Position numbers and translations under genes: made by a program. Positions 44,363 through 52,422 of a stretch of DNA of 52,811 bases are shown here, in pieces. Within the stretch, counting starts at the first letter, position 1; every line of letters starts with the position of its first letter. Below the pieces are notes generated by a model. That model did no database searches. It was given only the letters and a program-made list of their open reading frames with translations, and was not told where the DNA came from. Source of the DNA: a virus (lineage: Duplodnaviria > Caudoviricetes); IMG/VR virus record IMGVR_UViG_3300050015_000111, positions 1-52,811 of that record. One strand, 5' to 3'.

Positions 44363-44642
44363 TCGATTCCTCCACCTCCATCCAGTTAGGGCCCGGCGGA
44401 TCGACGGTCTCGCCCTCTGCTGCCCCCTTCCCGACGCTGTGCCAGCCTCGCAATTCGTGCAGGATTCCATCAACTCGGAATGTCCGCGCCGGCACGTCAA
44501 TCTCGACGTGAGACGCCCATAGCCCGTCGCAGGTTGCCGTGAAACTGACGCAGTTTGGCGCCGGGTGCTGTATGTCCGTGACGGCGTGTGGCGTGCCGTT
44601 CCACGTCATTGTGTCGCGGGTTAGGCGGAGGGGGTGGATCAT
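44295..44642 (-). CDS. Hypothetical protein
   Basis: ATGA-coupled to the upstream nuclease-like gene; 3' end overlaps a convergent ORF. Confidence 0.45.
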   Translation of the reverse strand: MIHPLRLTRDTMTWNGTPHAVTDIQHPAPNCVSFTATCDGLWASHVEIDVPARTFRVDGILHELRGWHSVGKGAAEGETVDPPGPNWMEVEESTTPPIADTAAKSRPSPAPPRRK

Positions 44643-45382
44643 CGCGCATTCCCGAGAATCATAATCGGTTCCGGTCGCCGCCATTTCTTCGGATCGGACG
44701 CGATCTCCTCGATGACGCGGGGGTGCTGAAACCGCAGATTCGGCATGTTGGGACCAGCGATGAAGCCGCGATCTCCTGGGATGATCCATTTACATCCAAT
44801 CCAGCGCCGGATGTCTAGTTTGAACATCTTGAAGTCATCGCGGGTTAAATAGCCGGTTTGTTCGAGCAGTACCGTCAGCTTGAGCGCGGTGACCTTCCAT
44901 TCCGTCAATTGTATCGGTGCCGACGCTCCGGCGCTGACGTCTGGGACGTATTCAGGAACCCGGTGTCGCCGTCCCGGAAGCATTTCGTGCCACTCCGAAC
45001 GATACCAAAATTCCTTTCCAGTCGGTAGATCTGGCTGAAAAAGATGCTGATGACAATATAATTCCGGGCGACTCATGGTAATCACGGTTAGGGCACAGTG
45101 CGGGGCCAGCGCGGCGAGTTCAGACCATGGAAACTGAGGGACTAGGACGGCGCGATAATCAGGCCCGTCGCGATCAACCCAATGATCTTCGGCGGCCTGA
45201 ATCAACACGGTGGCGTTAAGTTTGAGTTTGGCTTGAATGCCGATTTGACATCCATCTGCCTTCCTGACCAGCAGAATATCCCATCCCCCGGTTTCGGCAT
45301 AAGCCTGCCAGGTCTCCGGAACCGCTGCGATGAAGGCGGCACAGAGATCGGTTTCCTTGGTGAACTGCGGTATCTTCTTCAT
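44639..45382 (-). CDS. PD-(D/E)xK-like hypothetical protein
   Basis: 'YAETGGWDILLV...IGIQAK'. Confidence 0.55.
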   Translation of the reverse strand: MKKIPQFTKETDLCAAFIAAVPETWQAYAETGGWDILLVRKADGCQIGIQAKLKLNATVLIQAAEDHWVDRDGPDYRAVLVPQFPWSELAALAPHCALTVITMSRPELYCHQHLFQPDLPTGKEFWYRSEWHEMLPGRRHRVPEYVPDVSAGASAPIQLTEWKVTALKLTVLLEQTGYLTRDDFKMFKLDIRRWIGCKWIIPGDRGFIAGPNMPNLRFQHPRVIEEIASDPKKWRRPEPIMILGNAR

Positions 45383-45882
45383 CGCGCACTCGGTGGCCGC
45401 TGCGACCAGTTCCCATTCTTAATCCCGCGCGCTGTCGTCGGCTTGGCGCGCGGCTTGCGTGTAGCCTTCTTTGGTGCCATAATCCGAGTTTCGCGCCGAG
45501 TGTCGTAGTCTGCCGCCATCATCGTGTGCGCCCGCAGCGGAAAGCCCCACGCTATTAGCTGGGCCTCGACATCCTCGACTGATCGGCAGATAGCGTATTT
45601 TCCGCCAGCGCGCTCGATTTCGGCCTGTATGGCGCACTGGTTGTCGCTTTGTTTTCCGGCGTCAATCTTCAATTCGATGCCGTAGAACTGGCCGCGCCAG
45701 ATCGCTTGCACATCAGGCCAACCTGAACGCAGTCCCCTGCTCTTACGACGTGCTCCAGCGATTACGTCCATGTGCTGGTCTGTCGCCATGTCTACGCTGG
45801 TCCATGTCGCATCAAGCGGCAGAGCGCGCCCGAGATACGTCGCGCATGTCTGTTGTAACGCATGCTCCCGGTACGCGCTCAT
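45379..45882 (-). CDS. VRR-NUC-like nuclease
   Basis: 'EHALQ...G.RSGWPD.......GIELK...GKQSDNQ......I...GG.Y...RSVEDV'. Confidence 0.8.
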   Translation of the reverse strand: MSAYREHALQQTCATYLGRALPLDATWTSVDMATDQHMDVIAGARRKSRGLRSGWPDVQAIWRGQFYGIELKIDAGKQSDNQCAIQAEIERAGGKYAICRSVEDVEAQLIAWGFPLRAHTMMAADYDTRRETRIMAPKKATRKPRAKPTTARGIKNGNWSQRPPSAR

Positions 45883-45885
45883 CGC

Positions 45886-46191
45886 CTACGCCCGCTCCAT
45901 CACAGCATTGGCCAGAGGCGTGCCGACCAGTTGGCCGAGCGCGTTGCGGTACAGTTCGAGCAGGCTCTCGCGTTCCTCGATGGCGTCTGGTTCCTCGCGG
46001 CGCTCGCGGATCAACTGCCGGATCACCTTGACATCGAATCCTGCGCTCTTGGCCTCGGCGTAGATATCCTTGATGTCGCCGGAGAGTGCCTTGCGCTCTT
46101 CCTCCAAGCGCTCAATGCGCTCGACAATGCTCCGCAGCCGATCCGCCTCGACGCTGTTGTGGCCGGCCTCGATCTGGACTGGTTTTGTCAT
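45886..46191 (-). CDS. gapR: GapR-like nucleoid-associated protein (DUF2312/UPF0335)
   Basis: 'ADRLRSIVERIERLEEERKALSGDIKDIYAEAKSAGFDVKVIRQLIR...LLELY..ALG'. Confidence 0.93.
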   Translation of the reverse strand: MTKPVQIEAGHNSVEADRLRSIVERIERLEEERKALSGDIKDIYAEAKSAGFDVKVIRQLIRERREEPDAIEERESLLELYRNALGQLVGTPLANAVMERA

Positions 46192-46195
46192 TAGC

Positions 46196-46408
46196 TCACC
46201 CCCGCGAGGCTGGCTTGGCGGGAACGCGCTTCGTCGTGCGGATCGGCGGGACAGGCAGCGGCAACGGAACCGCCCCGCTTGTCACGAAGGTGTACATCTG
46301 CTCCGCCAGCGCGATGGGGCCTCGGTGGTCACACGCCGATACCGCCAATGCCAAGCACTCCATCCGCATCGCCGCATGATCTATGGGGCGCTTCCGGGTG
46401 ATTGCCAT
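46196..46408 (-). CDS. Hypothetical protein
   Basis: ORF in operon. Confidence 0.5.
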   Translation of the reverse strand: MAITRKRPIDHAAMRMECLALAVSACDHRGPIALAEQMYTFVTSGAVPLPLPVPPIRTTKRVPAKPASRG

Positions 46409-46409
46409 A

Positions 46410-46955
46410 TCACGTCACCGCCGGAGCGTCGGCCGCCGCTTCATCCAACGTCGCCGGTCCGCCGCGCAGCCGCTCCAGTTCGATCCGCACCGGCAAGGCG
46501 CGGGCATGGCGAGCGGTCTGGTCCTTCGTGAGTTGGCGCACAAAAGCCTCCGAGTCGGCAGCGACGTTCGCCAGATCGGGTTTGGTGCCCGCCGCCTTTG
46601 CCGCCGCCTTTTCGTCGCGCGTCAGGTCCGCAATCCGCACCGCCAGAATGGCGCGCTGCACCATGTTAAGTGCCCTGGGTGCCGTGGATTTCTCGCGCTT
46701 GCCGGCGGGAAGCGCGCGGTCGGGCAGGCCCTTGCCGGCGACGATGTCGGCCATGCTGGTGCCGCGGAGAAGCAGGAGAGCGGCCATTTCGCAAGCCATC
46801 GCCGTTCGGACGTTGGTCGGAACGTCGGGCATCGGCACCACCACGTCGTCCTGCCCGATTGTGCGGAGGATGAAGGCGTCGCCGTCGATATAGCACCGTG
46901 TCGGCTTCTGGCGCACGTGGGTTTCGGTGTTGGTGTCGGGAGTTTCGTCGGTCAT
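46410..46955 (-). CDS. Hypothetical protein
   Basis: Start MTDETPD (ATGA coupling). Confidence 0.6.
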   Translation of the reverse strand: MTDETPDTNTETHVRQKPTRCYIDGDAFILRTIGQDDVVVPMPDVPTNVRTAMACEMAALLLLRGTSMADIVAGKGLPDRALPAGKREKSTAPRALNMVQRAILAVRIADLTRDEKAAAKAAGTKPDLANVAADSEAFVRQLTKDQTARHARALPVRIELERLRGGPATLDEAAADAPAVT

Positions 46956-47131
46956 TTCGTTTCCTTGGGTTGTAGCAGTTTCGCAATCGGCGGCCATGCC
47001 CGCAACGCAGCATCGACCTCAATCGCCATCGGCCGGTCATGTGCCGCTGCCGATGCGCGTAACGCCTCGACCAGTTCCGGCTTCAACCGGACGCCGAGAA
47101 GATAGGTGCGCGTGGTCGGGGTGCGTGGCAT
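46952..47131 (-). CDS. Arc/RHH-like small DNA-binding protein (59 aa)
   Basis: Not in ORF track: MPRTPTTRTYLLGVRLKPELVEALRASAAAHDRPMAIEVDAALRAW... Confidence 0.65.
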   Translation of the reverse strand: MPRTPTTRTYLLGVRLKPELVEALRASAAAHDRPMAIEVDAALRAWPPIAKLLQPKETK

Positions 47132-47138
47132 GAACTAG

Positions 47139-47167
47139 ACGATAACGCTACGGGGGCGTTAAGTCAA
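47139..47167 (-). promoter_or_regulatory. Sigma70-like promoter, leaderless geometry
   Basis: TTGACT-N17-TATCGT-N7-ATG. Confidence 0.55.
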
Positions 47168-47170
47168 CAC

Positions 47171-47503
47171 CTACCGCGTCGCCTCCACGGCATCGCGCTC
47201 TTCCTTCGCGGCCCGTGCGGCAATGTCGGCCTTCACGGCGGCCACAAATCCCCGCGCCTCCTGGCGGTTTTCCAGGTGCATGGTGTTGTCTGTCATAGCC
47301 ATTTCGAGCAGCCAGATCAGCGCCTCGTCCTCGCTCCCAACGCTGCCATCCAGCGCGATATGCCAGCCCAGCGCGCGCATGAAGCCGAGGGCTTTCGTTG
47401 CGGCGTCCATTAGTTCGGCCAGGTCGTCCCGCGCGACGCTCACAACGTAGGCGTCGGGGTGATGGGCGGCGGCCCAGAGATGTTGCCACGTGGAGGGAGT
47501 CAT
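47171..47503 (-). CDS. Hypothetical protein
   Basis: ORF following the methyltransferase. Confidence 0.55.
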   Translation of the reverse strand: MTPSTWQHLWAAAHHPDAYVVSVARDDLAELMDAATKALGFMRALGWHIALDGSVGSEDEALIWLLEMAMTDNTMHLENRQEARGFVAAVKADIAARAAKEERDAVEATR

Positions 47504-47506
47504 GGT

Positions 47507-48556
47507 TCAGTCCGCCGCCATTCCATCCATAGGCCAACCCTCTGGTGTCGGCGTATCGGAAAATTCCATGGCGATCTGGTCGTCGTGATCGGGTCCGGCA
47601 TCAATGGCCTGTCGGACGTTCTTTACCGCCTGCCGGTAGTAGGTGGGCTTGAGTTCTGCTCCAATTCCTCGGCGTCCATTTCGCAACGCGCCATATACCT
47701 CGCTTCCGACACCCATGAATGGGGTCAAAACAACCTCACCGGGGTTGCTCCACAGCGTCACGATACGATCTATCACATCCAACTGTAACGGATGTACGTG
47801 GCGTTCGTCGTTGTCGTCTCGCGCCGCATGGAACGGCATCACGCGCCCGATCCGGACGTCATCCCAGAACGCCGAGGCATACTGTCTCCATATCCAATGC
47901 GAATAGCGGTTTTCTATCTGGTTTCCAGTCCATCCGCGATATTTCAGCAACTCGGCAGGAACCTGACGTTCGCCAGCGTATCGGGTTAGTCCGATCGGAT
48001 GCGTGATCGGCACAGTGTTGTCACCATGCCGGCGAAACACCAGCAGATAGTCGGCAGCCGCCACACTGCACCGCGAGCTATCCTCGACCAGCGAACGGTG
48101 CGCCAGGTTCTTCGCCATGGTCCGATTGCGAACGCCGAGGGGTTCCTTCCACACGCAATACCGAGCGATGTAGGAGAAGCCGTGCTTTTCATGCAGTCTG
48201 ATGATATCTCCCGGGAAGTCGATCATGTGATCGGTGCCGGTGTTGCCGGACGGAACATCCATGCAATGTACCGCCGTCATGCGTCCTGGCTTTGTCAGTC
48301 GCGAGACTTCTTCGACCACAAAGGCGTAGTGCTCAAAAAAACCCTCATAGCTGCTGTTGTTTGATAGGTCTCGATCAGATGAAGAATAGGTGAACAGGCC
48401 GCCACCGGACGTAGCGAAGGGAGGACTGTAAACCGACAGATCAACGCTCGCGTTCGGCATGGATCGCATGATCGGGATGCAGTCTCCGTGGTAGATTGCA
48501 TATTGGTCGGTGATTTCCTGATCGTAAACTATCGTGTCCTTATCGCGTTCGGTCAT
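47507..48556 (-). CDS. DNA amino-methyltransferase (N6A/N4C, beta class)
   Basis: Motif IV 'SPPF' precedes motif I 'VLTPFMGVGSE'; 'HVHPLQLD'. Confidence 0.9.
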   Translation of the reverse strand: MTERDKDTIVYDQEITDQYAIYHGDCIPIMRSMPNASVDLSVYSPPFATSGGGLFTYSSSDRDLSNNSSYEGFFEHYAFVVEEVSRLTKPGRMTAVHCMDVPSGNTGTDHMIDFPGDIIRLHEKHGFSYIARYCVWKEPLGVRNRTMAKNLAHRSLVEDSSRCSVAAADYLLVFRRHGDNTVPITHPIGLTRYAGERQVPAELLKYRGWTGNQIENRYSHWIWRQYASAFWDDVRIGRVMPFHAARDDNDERHVHPLQLDVIDRIVTLWSNPGEVVLTPFMGVGSEVYGALRNGRRGIGAELKPTYYRQAVKNVRQAIDAGPDHDDQIAMEFSDTPTPEGWPMDGMAAD

Positions 48557-48566
48557 GATGTTTCCC

Positions 48567-50006
48567 TCAGAGCCAGGATGGAAGTTTTGTCGGCAGCGAA
48601 AAATCTACCGCGCGGTCTATTGCCTGTGCCTCGTTCATGTTGGCGACAAGCGCGGTGAACATTTTGTCAGCCGCCACTGCCTTGCGTTGCAGATTTGCCA
48701 GTACCGACTTTTCTCCTTCAGTGCAGATGATATCGGAAACCACCGGACGCTTCTGACCGAAGCGCCAACACCTCCGAATTTCCTGATAGTATTCCTCGAA
48801 ACTGTGCGTCGGGAATGATACCGTGTGTGCGCAGTGCTGGAAGTTCAACCCCCACCCGCCAATTTTTCCTTTTGTAACCAGTACGCGGGCCTTCCCGTCG
48901 ATGAATGCGAGGAACTTTTCTTCCTTCTCATCCTCGCCGTCTTTGCCGCTGATCTGAATGCTATCAGGGATTGCCTTTTCCAGCCGGTCGCCTTCCTCGT
49001 TCAGAAAGCACCAGACGATTGCGGGTTGTCCGGTATGGTTGATCAGCAATGCGGCTTTCTCGCAGCGTTCTTCGATAGTGCGTCGCCGTTCCTCCCGCTG
49101 TTCGGATAATCCAACCGCCGGCAACGCGAACAACATCTCCTGCGGTAGCGTTCGGGTATCCACGAGATGCTGATTTTCGATCAACGGCGGAAGAATAAAT
49201 GGCCCATCCTCGAAGCCGAGGTCGGATGGTTTTCGGCAGGCGCGAGACCAGGAGCAAAGCCAGCGCCAGAACGGTACTTCGGCGTGGCCCTTGAACCGCC
49301 ACTTTGCATTGTCGTCAAGCTGCTGGAAATTCTTATTCCCATAGCGAAAGATATTCGGTTTGATGCTGTTACCTTGGTTGTTTTTGAAGAACCTGGTAAG
49401 CATATCCATGTAGCCTAGATAACCCAGGGCCTCGCTTGACGTTCCGAGTTCGGGATATTCATTCGGCGCGGCCGTCGCGGTCCCGAGCAGACGATACCGC
49501 ATCTTCCGCATAAAGTCTGTAATCTCTTGTTTCCGTGTGCCGTCAAAGGATTTCAGGATTGAACTCTCATCGGCTACCGCTCCGGCAAAGTCATTCGGAT
49601 CGAAGTAGTGCAACCGTTCGTAATTCACCACGTTGATGCCGGACTTCACGGTGCCATCGAGAGCAAGGTGAATGTCGATACCGAACTTATCTGCCTCGCG
49701 CGCTGTCTGTTGGGCAACTGCCATCGGGGCAAGGATAAGTACCGGGCGCCCGGTGTATCGGACTACGTTCTCAGCCCACACCAACTCCATTGGGGTTTTG
49801 CCGGTACCGCAATCAGCGAAGATGGCACCGCGCCCGATCTTAATTGCCCATTCGACGAGAGATGCCTGAAAGTCAAACAGGAATGGCGGCATCCATAGCG
49901 GCGTGAACCCATCCATGGTAGTGACCTGGGCCTTGCGCTCTAGGAACGTCGCATAGTTTGGCGACTTGATGCCGGCGCGTCCAGACGATATAATTATCTC
50001 GGTCAT
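48567..50006 (-). CDS. SF2/SNF2-like helicase
   Basis: 'DCGTGKT', 'DESS', 'TATAAPN', 'GLNFQ', 'RRCWRFGQ'. Confidence 0.9.
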   Translation of the reverse strand: MTEIIISSGRAGIKSPNYATFLERKAQVTTMDGFTPLWMPPFLFDFQASLVEWAIKIGRGAIFADCGTGKTPMELVWAENVVRYTGRPVLILAPMAVAQQTAREADKFGIDIHLALDGTVKSGINVVNYERLHYFDPNDFAGAVADESSILKSFDGTRKQEITDFMRKMRYRLLGTATAAPNEYPELGTSSEALGYLGYMDMLTRFFKNNQGNSIKPNIFRYGNKNFQQLDDNAKWRFKGHAEVPFWRWLCSWSRACRKPSDLGFEDGPFILPPLIENQHLVDTRTLPQEMLFALPAVGLSEQREERRRTIEERCEKAALLINHTGQPAIVWCFLNEEGDRLEKAIPDSIQISGKDGEDEKEEKFLAFIDGKARVLVTKGKIGGWGLNFQHCAHTVSFPTHSFEEYYQEIRRCWRFGQKRPVVSDIICTEGEKSVLANLQRKAVAADKMFTALVANMNEAQAIDRAVDFSLPTKLPSWL

Positions 50007-50126
50007 ATGCCCGCCCTCCTGCGGCGGCTTTGGCTAGGCCCGGAAAGCGGTGCGCAAACACCCATCCGGGCCGACTAATTTATAGGCCAAGGTTTGACCT
50101 GATGCAAAATTTTTTCGTCGCTCATG

Positions 50127-50435
50127 CTAATGGCATTTCCTCCCATCATCCGCCCGACAGAGCGGGCACAATATCTGAAACTTGGAGTCGGGTCGGAACA
50201 TCGCCTTGCAATCCGGTCTCCGCGCGCATGGCCGCATCGGCAGCGTCGGAACCTCTTTTCGCACGCGACGGAACAGCACGTCGCCACGTTCCAACGCTAG
50301 CCAACTGCGGAGGGAAGCGACGCTCACACCCCACGTCGCGGCAACGTCCTTCGTAGGTTTGCCGGTGTTCATTGCCTCCGCGACGGCGCCTTGACGCTGG
50401 AGCGGCGCGTAGCGGGTTTGGGAGGATGCGCTCAT
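50127..50435 (-). CDS. HTH plus Zn-finger protein
   Basis: 'KDVAATWGVSVASLRSW'; C-x4-C...CPLC. Confidence 0.55.
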   Translation of the reverse strand: MSASSQTRYAPLQRQGAVAEAMNTGKPTKDVAATWGVSVASLRSWLALERGDVLFRRVRKEVPTLPMRPCARRPDCKAMFRPDSKFQILCPLCRADDGRKCH

Positions 50436-50569
50436 GGCCTGTTCCTCTCTTGTTCGCATGCCGACGCCCATTCGCCAGAATCGACGCTCCATTGAAATTT
50501 CACGGCCGCGATCTCGATCTTTAGGTCGCGCAGCATCAGTCGGATCGTGGCGTCAAGCGACGAGGTCAT
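50432..50569 (-). CDS. Small hypothetical protein (45 aa)
   Basis: ATGA overlaps at both ends. Confidence 0.45.
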   Translation of the reverse strand: MTSSLDATIRLMLRDLKIEIAAVKFQWSVDSGEWASACEQERNRP

Positions 50570-51057
50570 GCCGCCACCTTAGTCCGCAGAAATTCCCAGT
50601 TTGAGAATACCCGCGATGCATGTTCCGGGCACCAGCTATGGCCGACGACGGCTGGATTCCCGCAGAACACCGCGTGCCTAGGATCACCCTCGATCCACTG
50701 GCATGTACGCGTCGCAGAAACCTCTACCGCTGGCACCACTACACGTTCGACCTTCGGCGCCGGAACCGATCGCCGCCGGGGCTTCTTCCGTGCCGTCCTG
50801 TTCTTCGCGCTCACCGCGTTGCCTGCCGCCGACATATGCTGTTTGAGCGTCAACAAATACCAAGCCGGCCGCTTGACGCCGAGCGTCTCGGCACGTTTCG
50901 CCAGCGTCTTCCGGTCGGTTATCTCGCGCCGGCCAGGGATAGCATTGAGGGCCGCGAATATGGCTTCGTTGCTGGCGCCGGAAGTCCACATTGGGGCAAA
51001 GGCCGCGTCTCGCTCCGGAGACCAGTGAGAGGTTGGCGTGTTGTGCGGGGCGCCCAT
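50566..51057 (-). CDS. gcrA: GcrA-like cell-cycle regulator
   Basis: N-terminal 'WSPER......MW..G.S...I...L'; C-terminal 'TCQWIEGDP...FCG......SWCPEH...VF'. Confidence 0.8.
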   Translation of the reverse strand: MGAPHNTPTSHWSPERDAAFAPMWTSGASNEAIFAALNAIPGRREITDRKTLAKRAETLGVKRPAWYLLTLKQHMSAAGNAVSAKNRTARKKPRRRSVPAPKVERVVVPAVEVSATRTCQWIEGDPRHAVFCGNPAVVGHSWCPEHASRVFSNWEFLRTKVAA

Positions 51058-51233
51058 TATTCCCGCTCCATCTTTCGCCCGCACGTCGGGCAAACTTTCG
51101 GCTTTGGTTCGCTGCCCGGTTCCCACGAGGCTGCGCGGGCGTCAACGAGCGCCTTGGCTGCCCACTCGGTATATCCGCCGGCGACGTATGTGTAGCACGA
51201 ACGTTGCGACACGTCGGCAAACAGGTCAGGCAT
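51057..51233 (-). CDS. Small CxxC protein (58 aa)
   Basis: AAAGGA RBS; 'CPTCGRKM'; TAATG coupling to gcrA. Confidence 0.55.
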   Translation of the reverse strand: MPDLFADVSQRSCYTYVAGGYTEWAAKALVDARAASWEPGSEPKPKVCPTCGRKMERE

Positions 51234-51246
51234 CGTCCATTCCTTT

Positions 51247-51283
51247 CAAAAAGTGCCGGGCTGCGCCTCAGCAGCAGCCCGGC
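51247..51283 (-). terminator. Intrinsic terminator-like hairpin downstream of the tRNA
   Basis: GCCGGGCTGC-N9-GCAGCCCGGC followed by ACTTTTT. Confidence 0.45.
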
Positions 51284-51348
51284 CAGTTTGCGCCAGCGGG
51301 AGGAGGGGACCCCACCAGCATCGGAGCCGAGCGAGCGCCCGGCTGTAG

Positions 51349-51423
51349 TGGAAGACAGGGCGGGACTCGAACCCGCAACCTCAAGAGTCAAAGTCTCGTG
51401 CTCTACCATTGAGCTACCTGCCC
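51349..51423 (-). tRNA. tRNA with anticodon UUG (Gln), atypical acceptor stem, encoded CCA
   Basis: GGGCAGG TA GCTC AATGGTA GAGC A CGAGA CTTTGAC TCTTG AGGTT GCGGG TTCGAGT CCCGC CCTGTCT T CCA forms a complete cloverleaf. Confidence 0.92.
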
Positions 51424-51473
51424 GAAAGATAGTGTGCGGCGGCTGAGTTCATGAGTATTCTCGTCTGGATGGA

Positions 51474-51665
51474 TCATGGTACTTTTTCCGCGCATTTAGG
51501 ACAACGATTTACGCCTCGGACGATCTTCCATCCGGCGTTGAATGCGTTAGCGCAAGCTATGTCGTAGGTCGCGGCCAACATCGGCGTGTCGCAGTCGAAG
51601 CACCAGAAGCCGTAGCCCGGCGTTGCGGCTTTGATCGCGTTGGCCTCGGTGATTGTCCGGATCAC
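51474..51665 (-). CDS. Small Zn-binding protein
   Basis: CFDC...AGW....RCPKC; GTGA coupling. Confidence 0.6.
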   Translation of the reverse strand: MIRTITEANAIKAATPGYGFWCFDCDTPMLAATYDIACANAFNAGWKIVRGVNRCPKCAEKVP

Positions 51666-51907
51666 TTCGTCTTCTTCTCCGCCGCCGCCCGCGACGCCTT
51701 GTCTTTGACCGCCACACTCCAATCCTGAGTACGCCGAATTTCTGCCATCGAGACGCGCAGCATCACCGCCAAGGGGCGCACTTTATCGGTCGGCAGCAGC
51801 GTCTCGCCCCGGACGATTCGAGAGAACATTGAATCGTCCAGACCTAGTTGCCCGGCGATCCATCCCTGTTTCAGCCCGCGTGTGCGGATCATCTCTTGGA
51901 GGTTCAT
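51662..51907 (-). CDS. Cro/XRE-like regulator
   Basis: 'LQEMIRTRGLKQGWIAGQLGLDDSMFSRIVRG'; first gene after the divergent promoter region. Confidence 0.8.
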   Translation of the reverse strand: MNLQEMIRTRGLKQGWIAGQLGLDDSMFSRIVRGETLLPTDKVRPLAVMLRVSMAEIRRTQDWSVAVKDKASRAAAEKKTK

Positions 51908-51914
51908 GTCCACC

Positions 51915-52001
51915 GTTCTAAGGGGTCAAACCCAACCCGTCAAGAAAATTGTGGCCGGGGGTAAGATTTTTCTGGACGCGCGCCTCGACCTGTGCCAATC
52001 T
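51915..52001. promoter_or_regulatory. Back-to-back promoters (genetic-switch-like region)
   Basis: Minus: TTGACG-N17-TAGAAC-N7-ATG. Plus: TGGACG-N17-CAATCT. Imperfect inverted repeat CGTCAAGAAAAT/ATTTTTCTGGACG. Confidence 0.5.
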
Positions 52002-52422
52002 GCCTCCGCACCCACAAGAGGGTAACAGACACGAACGAAAGGAGGCAACCATGGGCGGCTCGGCGGGAACCAAACCGCCGACGCGGAATCGGAAGCCGCG
52101 ACGCCTGGAAAAGCATCCATGAATAACCAGTCCCATAGGAAATGAGAGATTTGACATGCTGACAAACCATCGCCTCGATGAGCGCACCGAACTGGCCGGT
52201 GTCTGCTTATCATTATTGGGAATGAACTACATGGCAAATCATAGGGCCTCCATCTTTCCTGGCCCACCGGGTTACCCGCACCCGCAACCAGGCGGGATCA
52301 CCGAGGCGCCCGATCACAGATGTAGCGGGCGGCGCCACTGAAGCGCAATCCTCGGGGTATGGCACGGGGACAATAGAACTAACCGCGCCATGCTCTGAAG
52401 AGTGTCAAACAAGGAGATGAAG

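Noticed and set aside
50127-50435. IS3-type transposase orfA
   Set aside because: HTH resemblance only; no orfB/DDE domain or terminal repeats; tightly coupled within the operon.
51349-51423. tRNA as an attachment-site remnant
   Set aside because: Full length, inside an operon, no adjacent integrase and no duplicated 3' end seen in the window.
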